A DNA stretch of 55,761 nucleotides from assembly GCA_046052275.1 (NCBI GenBank), contig JBJOMQ010000005.1:1-55761 (forward strand), in the 5' to 3' direction. The notes beneath the pieces are model-generated. The model saw only the letters and a program-made list of their open reading frames with translations. It was not told the DNA's origin and did no database searches. Positions 35,783 to 45,617 of the stretch are shown here, one piece after another. The translations under genes and the position numbers were made by a program. The DNA comes from Actinomycetota bacterium. Its GTDB lineage: Bacteria > Actinomycetota > Acidimicrobiia > Acidimicrobiales > Ilumatobacteraceae. Positions within the stretch are counted from its first letter, which is position 1. Each line of letters opens with the position of its first letter.

Positions 35783-36720
35783 CGGCGGATCGACCTGCGG
35801 AGACCCTCGACCCAGTCGTCGGCATCCTTCCATCGCGTATCGGCGTGCTCGCGAGCCGTGGCGTGGTCGCCGGCTGCGGGATAGCTGCCGAGGAACTTCA
35901 CGTGCCCCTGCTTGCTATGCAGGGCACGCATCGCATCGGCAACAAGCTCGTCGGCGATGTGGCCGTCGAGATAGATGATGAAGCAGTAGTCGCCGAGGCC
36001 TCCGTCCTTGGTCGGACGCGACAGCAGGTTCGAGAGGTTGATACGCCGCGCAGCGAACTCCTGCAGGATGCTGATGAGGCTGCCGGGCTCATCAGCCCGC
36101 TGGTAGATGACCAGCGCAGTGCGGTCGTGACCGGTGGGCGCAGGGATGCCCTCCTTGGCGACGAGCACGAAGCGTGTCTGGTTGCCCGGATGGTCGGCAA
36201 TGTCGGCATCAAGAATCTCGAGCCCGTACACAGTGGCGCTCGTGCGCGGTGCGACCGCAGCAAGCGTGATCGACGGATCGTCGGCGACGATGCGGGCAGC
36301 CTCTGCGGTGCTGTTGGCGGCTCGCAGGTCGGCTTGGCCCACAGTAGAGCGCAGGTATGCGTGGCACTGGGCGCTGGCAACAGGGATGCTGACCACCGTG
36401 GTGATGTCGGCAATCGACGTGCCCGGCTTGGCGAGCAGGCAGTGCTCGATGTCGAGCACCACCTCGCGCTGAATGAGGAGCTCGTGGTTGAAGGCCAGTT
36501 CGTCCTGCGAGAGGTTGACTGTTCCCTCGATCGAATTCTCGATGGCGACGAACCCGACATCGACCTCGCCCGAATCGACGGCGTCGAGGACGTCGGGCAT
36601 GGTGCGGAACAGGACGCGCTCGCATGCTGCGAGATCGGCCTGGGTCTCGAGCGCCTGCTGGGTGAACGTGCCGAGCGGCCCGAGGAAGCCGACTCGCCGG
36701 GGCGGCCGGGTGCTGGTCAT
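35779..36720 (-). CDS. pheA: Prephenate dehydratase
   Basis: VGFLGPLGTFTQQA, the PDT domain and a C-terminal ACT domain (PGSLISILQEFAARRINLSNLLSRP). ATG 36720 gives MTSTRPP. Confidence 0.9.
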   Translation of the reverse strand: MTSTRPPRRVGFLGPLGTFTQQALETQADLAACERVLFRTMPDVLDAVDSGEVDVGFVAIENSIEGTVNLSQDELAFNHELLIQREVVLDIEHCLLAKPGTSIADITTVVSIPVASAQCHAYLRSTVGQADLRAANSTAEAARIVADDPSITLAAVAPRTSATVYGLEILDADIADHPGNQTRFVLVAKEGIPAPTGHDRTALVIYQRADEPGSLISILQEFAARRINLSNLLSRPTKDGGLGDYCFIIYLDGHIADELVADAMRALHSKQGHVKFLGSYPAAGDHATAREHADTRWKDADDWVEGLRRSIRR

Positions 36721-36794
36721 GGGTGGCAAGGCTATTGGCACCCGCCCGATTCGGCGGGGCTTCACCAGCCGCACGGGACGGCAGACTGTCGGAC

Positions 36795-37532
36795 ATGGAC
36801 ACTGCGTCGCTCGCTGCCCTCATCGATGGAGTACGTAACGGGTCGGTAGCGCCCGACGACGCTATGGCTGCGCTGCGCCGGCTCCCGTTCGCCGAGGTGG
36901 GCGACACCCTGGTCGACCACCATCGAGCCCTCCGCCAGGGCATGCCCGAGGTGGTGTACGGACCGGGAAAGTCGGCGGCGCAGTGCGTGGAAGCGGTCGG
37001 CGAACTGCTCGCCCATGGCGTCGGCCCGGTACTCATCACCCGGATCGACGACGAGGTGGCCGCTGTGGTTGGGGCGGCGCACCCCGGGGCCGAGTCGGCG
37101 GCGCGCTGCCTGCTGTGGCGGCGTCCGCAGCCGTTGCGCTCTTCGCAGGTGCTTGTCGTCAGCGCCGGCACGAGTGACGTGCCGGTGGTCGACGAGTGCA
37201 TGCTCACGCTGCGGGCGCTCGGCTTCGAGCCCGATCGTCTCACCGACGTCGGCGTGGCGGGCCTGCACCGTTTCCTCGCCCACCTCGATCGGGTTACCTC
37301 GGCGGACGCCGTGGTGGTGGTGGCGGGAATGGAGGGCGCGCTCGCCAGTGTCGTGGGTGGTGTCACCGACGTGCCGGTCGTGGCGGTTCCCACCAGTGTC
37401 GGCTACGGCGCCTCACTCGACGGAGTAACCGCCCTGCTGGCGATGCATGCGTCATGTGCAAGCGGCGTGACGGTCGTGGGCATCGACAACGGATTCGGCG
37501 CTGCGTGCGCGATCGGCAGGATGTGCCGGTGA
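36795..37532 (+). CDS. larB: LarB-like (PurE/NCAIR-mutase family) nickel-pincer cofactor biosynthesis carboxylase/hydrolase
   Basis: VDHHRALRQGMPEVVYGPGK, VVSAGTSDVPV and AGMEGALASVVGG. ATG 36795 gives MDTASLAAL. Confidence 0.8.
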   Translation: MDTASLAALIDGVRNGSVAPDDAMAALRRLPFAEVGDTLVDHHRALRQGMPEVVYGPGKSAAQCVEAVGELLAHGVGPVLITRIDDEVAAVVGAAHPGAESAARCLLWRRPQPLRSSQVLVVSAGTSDVPVVDECMLTLRALGFEPDRLTDVGVAGLHRFLAHLDRVTSADAVVVVAGMEGALASVVGGVTDVPVVAVPTSVGYGASLDGVTALLAMHASCASGVTVVGIDNGFGAACAIGRMCR

Positions 37533-38728
37533 GCACGGCGTGGTTCCACTGCTTCGCCGGTACAGCCGGCGACATGACGCTCGGATCGCTCGTGCATGCC
37601 GGTGCCGATCCGCTCGAGGTCGTCGACATCGTTGCCGGCCTCGGCATCGACGGCTATGCGCTGACATTTGAGCGAGTGCAGCGCTGCGGGGTAGCGGCCA
37701 TGCTCGCCGACGTCGTCGTGCACGACCACGGTGACGGGCATCCGCACCGTCCGTACGGAGAGGTGCGGTCGATCATCGCTGCGGCCGACCTTCCCGATCG
37801 AGTCCGTGTGCGGTCGAGCCGGGTGTTTGCCGCCCTCGCAGCGGCCGAGGGGGTCGTGCACGGAGTTGCCCCCGACGACGTCGAGTTCCACGAGGTGGGC
37901 TCTGTTGATGCCATCGTCGACGTCGTCGGCACTTGCGCCGCACTCGAGGTGCTCGGCATCGATCGGGTTACATGCAGTGCGATCACCGTCGGCACTGGCA
38001 CGGTGCGCTCGGCACACGGCACGCTGCCGAATCCCTCACCGGCCTCGGCGGGGCTGATGGCGACCTATGGCGTGCCCGCCCGCGGCGTCGACGACGGACT
38101 CGAACTGGCAACACCCACCGGTGTCGCCCTCATGGCCGCGCTGGCCGACTCGTTCGGGCCGATGCCGTCGATGGAGGTGAGCGCCGTGGGCTACGGCGCA
38201 GGCCGCGCTGACGTGCCGGGTCGGCCGAACGTCGTGCAGGTGGTGCTCGGCTCATCACCGGCACCACGTGGCCTCGTGCCCGGCCCCGGCCAGCCGGTGC
38301 AGGTGTTCGAGGCCAACGTCGACGACGCCACCGGCGAGATGCTGGCGCATGCCGTGGCGGTGATCCTGGCTGCCGGTGCACACGATGCGTGGGTCACCCC
38401 GATCGTGATGAAGAAGGGACGCCCGGCGCACACCGTGCACGCGCTGTGTGATCCAGCGCGCGCCGCCGAGGTGGCCGCAGCGCTCGTACGCGAGACGGGC
38501 ACGCTCGGCCTGCGCGGCCATGTGTCGATGCGGTGGCCGCAGCAGCGCGACGAATTAGTGGTCGAGGTGTCAGGCCACCCGGTGCGGGTGAAGGTATCGA
38601 ATGGCCGGGTCAAGCCCGAGCACGATGATGTCGCTGCGATTGCTGCCTCGACCGGCCGATCGCTGCGCGAGCTGATGCACGACGCAGAGCGCGCGGCGGG
38701 CGAGTTGTTGCAGCGCCCCAACGTCTGA
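37529..38728 (+). CDS. larC: LarC-like (DUF111) nickel insertion protein
   Basis: WFHCFAGTAGDM N-terminus, FHEVGSVDAIVDVVG and LATPTGVALM. GTG 37529 overlaps the larB stop (GTGA). Confidence 0.85.
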   Translation: MSTAWFHCFAGTAGDMTLGSLVHAGADPLEVVDIVAGLGIDGYALTFERVQRCGVAAMLADVVVHDHGDGHPHRPYGEVRSIIAAADLPDRVRVRSSRVFAALAAAEGVVHGVAPDDVEFHEVGSVDAIVDVVGTCAALEVLGIDRVTCSAITVGTGTVRSAHGTLPNPSPASAGLMATYGVPARGVDDGLELATPTGVALMAALADSFGPMPSMEVSAVGYGAGRADVPGRPNVVQVVLGSSPAPRGLVPGPGQPVQVFEANVDDATGEMLAHAVAVILAAGAHDAWVTPIVMKKGRPAHTVHALCDPARAAEVAAALVRETGTLGLRGHVSMRWPQQRDELVVEVSGHPVRVKVSNGRVKPEHDDVAAIAASTGRSLRELMHDAERAAGELLQRPNV

Positions 38729-38746
38729 CGCTGGGAACCGGCGAGG

Positions 38747-39514
38747 TCAGGAGGCGAGGGCCTCGTCGACGATCGCCTGCAACTCAGCGACCTCGAGCTC
38801 GCCGCTCTTGCGCACCTTCACAAGCCCGTCCTCGCCGATGATGACGAAGTACGGCCATCCGCTGGCACCGAACGCAGTGGCCGCCGTGCCGGCAACACCG
38901 GCCTGGGTGTACTCGTCGACGATCACCGGCCAGCTCCAGCCCTTGGTCGAGAACCATGCGGCGGGCGGGAAGTTGTCGGCTTCGGCAGCGACGGCAGTGG
39001 CGACGCCGATGATGTTGAGCTCGGCTGGTACGAGTCCGGCGTTCTTCCAGTCGAGCAGACGCGGCACCTCGGCGTTGCAGTGCGGGCACCAGTGGGCGAG
39101 GAACACGATCATGTAGGGGCCGTTGGCGGCTGGATCGATGACGATCTCGTTCCCTTGGAAGTCCTTGCCCGACAGCGTGGGTGCTGGCGTGCCGACGGCA
39201 TCGTCGAATGCCGCCTGTGAGTCGTATGCAGTGAGCGACTCGCCTTCGATGGTGACGGGCTGTGAGTACGGGAAGCCGTCGCCGTCGATGAGGCCTGCGC
39301 TGGTGGTTGCAGTGGTGCCGCTCGTGCCGTCGACGCTGGTGGACGATGCAGTGCCCCCGTCGCCCCCGCCGCTGACGACGACCACGGCCACGACGATGGC
39401 AACCACCACGATGGCGGCCGCCACGATCCACATCACCGGCTTCGCGCCGGATTCGGCACGCGCTGCCTTCGCTGCTGCCTTGCGCCGGGCTTCAGCTCGC
39501 TGTCGGTTTGCCAT
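38747..39514 (-). CDS. Membrane-anchored TlpA/ResA-like thiol-disulfide oxidoreductase
   Basis: N-terminal TM anchor, thioredoxin-fold active site HWCPHC, and a GGAGG RBS upstream of ATG 39514. Confidence 0.85.
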   Translation of the reverse strand: MANRQRAEARRKAAAKAARAESGAKPVMWIVAAAIVVVAIVVAVVVVSGGGDGGTASSTSVDGTSGTTATTSAGLIDGDGFPYSQPVTIEGESLTAYDSQAAFDDAVGTPAPTLSGKDFQGNEIVIDPAANGPYMIVFLAHWCPHCNAEVPRLLDWKNAGLVPAELNIIGVATAVAAEADNFPPAAWFSTKGWSWPVIVDEYTQAGVAGTAATAFGASGWPYFVIIGEDGLVKVRKSGELEVAELQAIVDEALAS

Positions 39515-39593
39515 GGTGTTCCTCCGTGCTGGATCTTCGTCGAGCGGTGTATGTCGACGACGTGGGTATCGGTCGAGTGGGATGTGGACTGGA

Positions 39594-40187
39594 TCAGGTT
39601 GCGGGAGCCGCATGCTCCTCGGCGTCGTCACCGACCAGCGGCTCGGGTGCGAGCAGCAGGGCGATGATGGCGGCAAACGCCGAGAGTGCCATCACGGCCA
39701 GCGTGATGGGAAAGCCAGACGAGATGAACTGGCCGTCGCCGTTGAATTCGAGCCGGCCGAATGAGACGTAGTTGGGCGTGGCGCAGCTGGTGAGCGACGA
39801 GCACGTGGTGGACTCTTCGATCACCCGGTGTTCGAGCAGGATGTGCCAGATGCTGAGGAGGCTGCCGATGGCCGCGAGCGGCACGGCGTACCAGCGGGCG
39901 CCGCGGTCGCGCCGGAACGCAGCCACGATGAGTACCACGGCAGCCGAGTACATGAAGATGCGCTGGAACCAGCAGAAGCGGCACGGTGACCAGCCAGCCG
40001 ACGACTCGCTGAACCACAGGCTTCCGAGCGTTGCGGTGGCGGCGACAAGGGCGGCGAGTGCCAGCTGATACCGGTGCAGCACGTCGAGGAAGTGGAACGA
40101 AGGCCCCACAGGCACCAGTCGGGCCGCCACCATCAGAACGACCCCGGCCATGCACACGATGGCCAGGACGGCACCGGCGTCGTGCAT
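39594..40187 (-). CDS. DsbB/BdbC-like disulfide bond formation membrane protein
   Basis: 4 TM segments. The first loop carries [11 protein letters not shown] (CxxC). The second loop carries a Cys pair (TTCSSLTSC). The start could also be GTG 40211. Confidence 0.75.
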   Translation of the reverse strand: MHDAGAVLAIVCMAGVVLMVAARLVPVGPSFHFLDVLHRYQLALAALVAATATLGSLWFSESSAGWSPCRFCWFQRIFMYSAAVVLIVAAFRRDRGARWYAVPLAAIGSLLSIWHILLEHRVIEESTTCSSLTSCATPNYVSFGRLEFNGDGQFISSGFPITLAVMALSAFAAIIALLLAPEPLVGDDAEEHAAPAT

Positions 40188-40258
40188 CTGCGGGGCGCTG
40201 AGGGCGAGCACCCGCACAGTCTGCCGCTTGTCGCGGCGATTTGTGATGGCAGGATGCG

Positions 40259-41182
40259 ATGGTGAACGAGCTGGATGGGACCGATGGCGCACGACGGCGC
40301 ACCGGCGCGACGGGGTCCGATCGGCCGACGGTCGGCCCGGTGACGGCGGCAGCCGAGCTCGACGGGCTCCCCGGGCCGCAGGTGTTCGCCGACGTCCGGT
40401 GGTATCTCGATGGCACCGACGGGCGGGCGGCGTTCGAGGAGTGCCACCTGCCCGGTGCGGTGTGGGTCGATCTCGACGGCGACCTCGCCGCCCATGGACT
40501 CCCGTCCGTCGCCGGTCGCCATCCCCTGCCCTCTCCGGCCGCCTTCGCTGCGGCGATGGGAGCACTCGGCATCGGCGACGACACCGTGGTGGTCGCCTAC
40601 GACGACACCGGCGGCCTGAGTGCCGGCCGACTCGTGGTGATGCTGCGGTCGATCGGGAGGCGGGCCACCCTGCTCGACGGTGGCCTCGTTGCGTGGCGTG
40701 CCGACGGCCGTCCGACGCAGACCGGTCCGGCGCAGACACTCCCTCCGGCGGCGTTCACTTCGGTGCCGTGGCCTGGTTCGTCGTTCGCCGACGCGGACGA
40801 GGTCGCTGCCCGCGCCGCCCGACCGGAGGCTGGTCGGCCGCTCATCGATGCCCGCGCCGCCGAGCGGTTCACCGGAGAGGTGGCGGTCATCGATCCGCGA
40901 CCTGGTCATATCCCCGGCGCTCGCAACTCGCCATGGAACTCAGTGCTTGGTGCCGACCGCCGACTTCGATCTGTTGACGAACTTCGCTCCCACTACGCGG
41001 CGCTCGGCATCGATGTCGTGACCGCATCGAGCACGATCGCCTACTGCGGCTCAGGCGTGAGTGCCTGCATGAACGTGCTTGCCATGGAGCACGCCGGACT
41101 CACGCCGCCGCGCCTGTTCACCGCAAGCTGGTCGGGATGGGCGTCTGATCCCGATCGACCTGCGGCGCTGGGCCCGGCGTGA
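40259..41182 (+). CDS. Rhodanese-domain sulfurtransferase (thiosulfate/3-mercaptopyruvate type, tandem domains)
   Basis: Two rhodanese repeats. The active-site loop is YCGSGVSAC. Also HLPGAVWVDL and HIPGARNSPW. Confidence 0.85.
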   Translation: MVNELDGTDGARRRTGATGSDRPTVGPVTAAAELDGLPGPQVFADVRWYLDGTDGRAAFEECHLPGAVWVDLDGDLAAHGLPSVAGRHPLPSPAAFAAAMGALGIGDDTVVVAYDDTGGLSAGRLVVMLRSIGRRATLLDGGLVAWRADGRPTQTGPAQTLPPAAFTSVPWPGSSFADADEVAARAARPEAGRPLIDARAAERFTGEVAVIDPRPGHIPGARNSPWNSVLGADRRLRSVDELRSHYAALGIDVVTASSTIAYCGSGVSACMNVLAMEHAGLTPPRLFTASWSGWASDPDRPAALGPA

Positions 41183-42891
41183 CGGGGCCGCACGCAGCGT
41201 CACCTGCTGACGCCGACAGTGGCAGCGCCGCTGCGGCGGCCGCTATCGACGTGCTCGGCGAACTGCGCGTGCGCCGACGGGAACGCCGGCTCGGTCGACT
41301 CGAATGGTTCGACATCGCTTACAAGGCGTATCTCGTCGTGCTCTTCGGCGGCGGGGCCGTCCTGTGGCTGACCGGCCTGGTGGGTGACAAGGCAGTGACG
41401 ACAGATCTCGCCGATATTGCGGCCGACGGACAAGCACTCGTGTCACTGGTGGCTGCGGTGGCGGTTTTCATCGGGCTGCGGTCGGGCGCGCGTGGCGGTC
41501 CGCTGGCGATCGAGGGTGCCGACGTCGCCCACGTGCTGCTCGCACCGGTGCCGCGGCGCGCCGTGCTGCGACTGCCGCTCGTCCAGCGACTGCGCACTGC
41601 GGTGCTCGCCGGACTCTCGCTCGGCGCCATCTCCGGTCGCTTGGCGGCCCAGCGCCTTCCAGGCTCGGCGTGGTCGTGGGCGGCAGCATGTGCCGCTGCG
41701 GGGGCGATGATCGCCATGCTGTGGTGCGGCGCTGCGTTGGTAGCCCATTCGCGGCCGCGGTGGATTGTCGGCGGGATCGGTGTACTTGTCGTCGCGTGGC
41801 ATGCAGCCGATGCCGTGGGCGTGGTGCCGGCACCGCTGCGCGGCGTCGGGGCCATCGCCATATCGGCGATGGCGGGCACCGAAGGGGTGTCGGCGGATTC
41901 AGCGTGGATTGCCATTGCGATTGTCGCGGTGCTGGTGCTGCTGGCTGCAGGAGCAACGACGCTCGAGCGGATGTCACTCGAGGCACTTGCGCGCCGCAGC
42001 GCGCTGGTCGGTCAACTTCGGTTCGCGGCGACGATGCAGGATCTGCGAACGGTGGTGCTGCTCCGCCGTCAACTCGACGAAGAGCATCCACGACGCGTGC
42101 CGTGGATCCGATTTGCCCCAGGCGCGGGCACAGCATCCGTGTCGATACGGCGCGCGGTCTGGCGACGCGATATCAGCGGACTCCTTCGGATGCCGGCAGC
42201 GCGTCTCGGCCGCATGGTGGTCGTGGCGGTCGTATGGGGTATCGGAATCGCGCTGACCATGCGCGGCACCACGCCAGCCGTCGTAGTGGCAGGCCTCGCT
42301 GGCTTCGTCCTCGGTATGGAGGCCATCGAGCCGCTGTCGCAGGAGGTCGACCACGCCGATCGCTGCGATCTGCTGCCGGTCGAACGCGGTGACCTGATGC
42401 TGCACCATCTCGCCGCACCAGCGGCGATGCTGGTGCCGTTCGCCGTCGTCGGAGCCCTCGTCGCGGCATTGGCGAGCGGCGACGCGGCCGATCTCGTCGT
42501 GCCGCTACTGGTCGTGTCGGTGCCCGGAGTCTGGGCGGCGGCGGCGGGTGCCGTGGTGAGCGCAGTCCGCGATGCGCCAGACCCAGTCGCCACCGTGCGC
42601 GGCCCGACGTCGATCGCGATGCCCGAGGTGACAGGGCTCGGTACGGCGGTTCGTGCTGTTCTGCCACCGGCAGTGAGCACGATCGGCGTGATGATGGTGC
42701 TGTTCATACGGTCGGCGGCCGAGTCTGATGGGTCTGTCGTGGGAGCGTCGCTGCGAGCAGCGGTCGGCGCGCTGGTGCTGGTGTTCCTCGTGTCGCAGTG
42801 GGTACGGCTACGCGATCGCGCCCATCGATCGACCGCAGCATTCATGGCCGACGGACGGGCCGCGTCCCGGCTTGGCTCAGGGGGTATGTGA
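41179..42891 (+). CDS. Polytopic membrane protein, probable partner of the downstream ABC ATPase
   Basis: More than 10 hydrophobic segments. Its stop overlaps the start of the ABC ATPase gene (TGATG). Confidence 0.6.
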   Translation: MTGPHAASPADADSGSAAAAAAIDVLGELRVRRRERRLGRLEWFDIAYKAYLVVLFGGGAVLWLTGLVGDKAVTTDLADIAADGQALVSLVAAVAVFIGLRSGARGGPLAIEGADVAHVLLAPVPRRAVLRLPLVQRLRTAVLAGLSLGAISGRLAAQRLPGSAWSWAAACAAAGAMIAMLWCGAALVAHSRPRWIVGGIGVLVVAWHAADAVGVVPAPLRGVGAIAISAMAGTEGVSADSAWIAIAIVAVLVLLAAGATTLERMSLEALARRSALVGQLRFAATMQDLRTVVLLRRQLDEEHPRRVPWIRFAPGAGTASVSIRRAVWRRDISGLLRMPAARLGRMVVVAVVWGIGIALTMRGTTPAVVVAGLAGFVLGMEAIEPLSQEVDHADRCDLLPVERGDLMLHHLAAPAAMLVPFAVVGALVAALASGDAADLVVPLLVVSVPGVWAAAAGAVVSAVRDAPDPVATVRGPTSIAMPEVTGLGTAVRAVLPPAVSTIGVMMVLFIRSAAESDGSVVGASLRAAVGALVLVFLVSQWVRLRDRAHRSTAAFMADGRAASRLGSGGM

Positions 42892-43604
42892 TGGCATCGG
42901 GCACCACGAACGGGCATGGCGATCGACCCGTGTCGCTGCGCGCCATCGGACTGTGCAAGGACTACGGCGATCGGCCAGCGTTGCGGTCGGTCGATCTCGA
43001 AGTGGTGGCTGGGGAACGTGTCGTCGTGGTCGGCCACAACGGCAGCGGGAAGACCACGCTGCTTCGGCTGGCCGCGGGCCTGCTCGAGCCGACCGCGGGC
43101 GAGGTTCGTCTCGGCTCGGCCAAGGCGGGTTCGCTGCTGGCTCGACGGGCGGTCTCCTGGCTGCCCGACTCGCCCACCTTCTACGACGACCTCTCGCTCT
43201 GGGAGCACCTCGAGTACGTCGCGCGCCTGCACGGCACCATCGACTGGAACGCTCGAGCCGAGCACCTTGTCACTGTGCTGGGCCTCGAGGCGCGACGCGA
43301 CGACCTGCCGACGACCTTCAGCCGCGGACTCCGCCAGAAGGCGTCGATCGCACTCGGCCTGGTGCGGTCGTGTGACGTCGTGCTGATCGACGAGCCCTTC
43401 GTCGGGCTCGATGCGGCCGGTCGTGCGGCGTTGCTCTCGCTGCTCGACGACGTACACCGTTCGGGGGCCACGATCGTCGTGGCGACACATGAGCCCGGGC
43501 TGCTGCCCGTGGTCGATCGGGTGGTGGTGCTGCGCGACGGCGAGCTGGCGTACGACGGCCCACCGGAGGGATTCGACGCAGTGACCGAGGGCTTCGGCTC
43601 CTGA
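42891..43604 (+). CDS. ABC transporter ATP-binding protein
   Basis: Walker A GHNGSGKTTLL, signature FSRGLRQK and Walker B VVLIDEPFVGLD. Confidence 0.9.
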   Translation: MASGTTNGHGDRPVSLRAIGLCKDYGDRPALRSVDLEVVAGERVVVVGHNGSGKTTLLRLAAGLLEPTAGEVRLGSAKAGSLLARRAVSWLPDSPTFYDDLSLWEHLEYVARLHGTIDWNARAEHLVTVLGLEARRDDLPTTFSRGLRQKASIALGLVRSCDVVLIDEPFVGLDAAGRAALLSLLDDVHRSGATIVVATHEPGLLPVVDRVVVLRDGELAYDGPPEGFDAVTEGFGS

Positions 43605-43647
43605 GCCCGCGGGTGCCGAGGCCGCCGAGAGCCGCTACCGTGGCGTC

Positions 43648-44118
43648 ATGCAGGAATTCGCCGCAGTGAGTGCGTCGTCGAGCAACCCGTCGGCGCTGGT
43701 CGATCGACTGAACGAGAAGTCGGCTGAGGGCTGGTCGGTCGTGGCCATCGTCGGGGGTGCCGTGGAAGTGACAGCGTTCCTGAGCCGCGAGGCACCGGCG
43801 GGATCGAGCGCATCGGCCAGCACCGCAGCGTCCTCGACTGCGGCGGCAGAGCCTGGCGGATGGGCGACGAGTCCGACAGCGGCGACGGTTCCGTCCGCCG
43901 CATGGTCGGACGCTTCGGCAGCCTCTGCCTCGACGGCAGCAACGGGCGCATCAAGCACGGTCGCCGCCGGTACGTCGTCGACCCAGATGGCCGCCTCATC
44001 GGTGCCGGCGCAGTGGGCCGCCGACCCCACCGGCCGCTACGAGCTTCGCTACTGGGACGGCATCCGCTGGACCGAGCACGTCTCGCGCGCCGGCCAGCAG
44101 TACACCGATCCGCTCTGA
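43648..44118 (+). CDS. DUF4177-like N-terminal / DUF2510-like C-terminal protein
   Basis: C-terminal WAADPTGRYELRYWDGIRWTEHV motif. An Ala/Ser/Thr-rich linker precedes it. Confidence 0.65.
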   Translation: MQEFAAVSASSSNPSALVDRLNEKSAEGWSVVAIVGGAVEVTAFLSREAPAGSSASASTAASSTAAAEPGGWATSPTAATVPSAAWSDASAASASTAATGASSTVAAGTSSTQMAASSVPAQWAADPTGRYELRYWDGIRWTEHVSRAGQQYTDPL

Positions 44119-44139
44119 CAGCACTGTCGCACCTGGCCG

Positions 44140-45372
44140 TCAGTCACCGCCGTCGACATCGGCAATCGATACCCGTACCGATTCGGGCACCGGCGGGAGC
44201 CGCTGGGTGAGCAGCCACGTGATGGCGAGGAATGCCGTCGTTCCCCACAGCGCGCCCTGCACGTCTGCCCACAGATACAGCAGCCCTGAGAGCAGCGTGC
44301 CGACGAGTCGGCCGGCGGCGTTCGCCGAGTAGTAGTAGCCGACGTCGAGCGCCACTCCATCGTCGTCGGCATAGGCGAGCACGAGGAACGAGTGCAGCGC
44401 CGAGTTCACTGCGAATGCAGCGCCGAATACGGCGAGGCCGAGCATCACCGTGGCCGTAACGGCGATGTCGAGTGCGACGAGGAGCGAGATGAGGGCACTG
44501 ACTGCGGCAAGCACCGCTGCCCACCGTCTCGCCGCCGTGACCTCGGTGCCTGGCTGTCCGATGCGCGCAAGGATTCGGGGGGCGGCGGACTGGACGATCC
44601 CGTAGCCGATCACCCACGCAGCGAGGAAGCCGCCCACCGAGCGCTCGTTCCAGTTGAGTTCGCGTGCGAGGAACACTGGCACGGCGACGACGAACCAGAT
44701 GTCGCGCGATCCGAACAGGAACAGCCGTGCTGCCGAGAGTCGGTTGATGGCAGGTGATGCAGACAGCACGGCCCGCAGCGGTGTCGACCGCTTCGCCCTG
44801 CCGAGGTCGTCGTTCAGCAATGCCACGATCGATACGACGGCGATTGCGAGAGCTGCCGCCATCGCGACGAGTGCTCCGTCGTACCCAAGCCAGGCAAGGA
44901 GGACCGAGCCGACGAAGAACCCGATGCCCTTGAGCGCGTTCTTCGATCCGGTGAGCGCCGCAACGAGCCTGAACAGCGAACCGTCGCCGGCGATGGCCTT
45001 CACGGCGCTCTTCGAACTCATCTTCGTGAGGTCCTTTGCCACGCCGGAGAGCGCCTGCATCGCCATCACGAAGGCGACCGATGCGCCGGTGGCCCAGTCG
45101 GGCGAATGAAGGGTGAGGGTGGCGAGCACTGCGATCTGAAGGACAAGACCGCCGACGAGGGTGTGCTGCAGGCCCCGACGGGTCCCGACCCATCCACCGA
45201 CCAGATTGGTGACGATGCCCATGAACTCGTAGGCGAGGAAGAGGAAGGCGATGGCGACCGGCGAATAGCCGAGACGATTGAACTCGAGGAGGACGAGCAT
45301 CCGCAGCGCACCATCAGTGAGCGTGAAGGCCCAGTACCCCGCAGTGACGAGCACGTAGCTACGACGCCGCAT
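44140..45372 (-). CDS. MFS transporter (ArsJ-like by N-terminal motif)
   Basis: 12-TM-type ORF. The N-terminal GYWAFTLTDGALRMLVLLEFNRLGYSP recalls the organoarsenical efflux permease ArsJ. This subfamily call comes from memory only. Confidence 0.8.
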   Translation of the reverse strand: MRRRSYVLVTAGYWAFTLTDGALRMLVLLEFNRLGYSPVAIAFLFLAYEFMGIVTNLVGGWVGTRRGLQHTLVGGLVLQIAVLATLTLHSPDWATGASVAFVMAMQALSGVAKDLTKMSSKSAVKAIAGDGSLFRLVAALTGSKNALKGIGFFVGSVLLAWLGYDGALVAMAAALAIAVVSIVALLNDDLGRAKRSTPLRAVLSASPAINRLSAARLFLFGSRDIWFVVAVPVFLARELNWNERSVGGFLAAWVIGYGIVQSAAPRILARIGQPGTEVTAARRWAAVLAAVSALISLLVALDIAVTATVMLGLAVFGAAFAVNSALHSFLVLAYADDDGVALDVGYYYSANAAGRLVGTLLSGLLYLWADVQGALWGTTAFLAITWLLTQRLPPVPESVRVSIADVDGGD

Positions 45373-45617
45373 CTGCCTGAAACTCCGGCATCAGGGGACG
45401 CTCCGTGCGCTCGGCCAATCTCACAGGAGCGCATGTGCTCATTGCCAGGTGACTCAACCACGCCGCTAGCGCCGCTGCAACTGATCGTCGGTGAACGCTC
45501 AGCAAACTCCGAATTGACGCACGCCGCAGTGACCTCTCTAGACCGTGGGCTCAGACGTCAGGTCATCGTGACGGGCGTCCCCGGCGCGAGACCGTTCTGT
45601 ATGGATACTCTCAGGGT

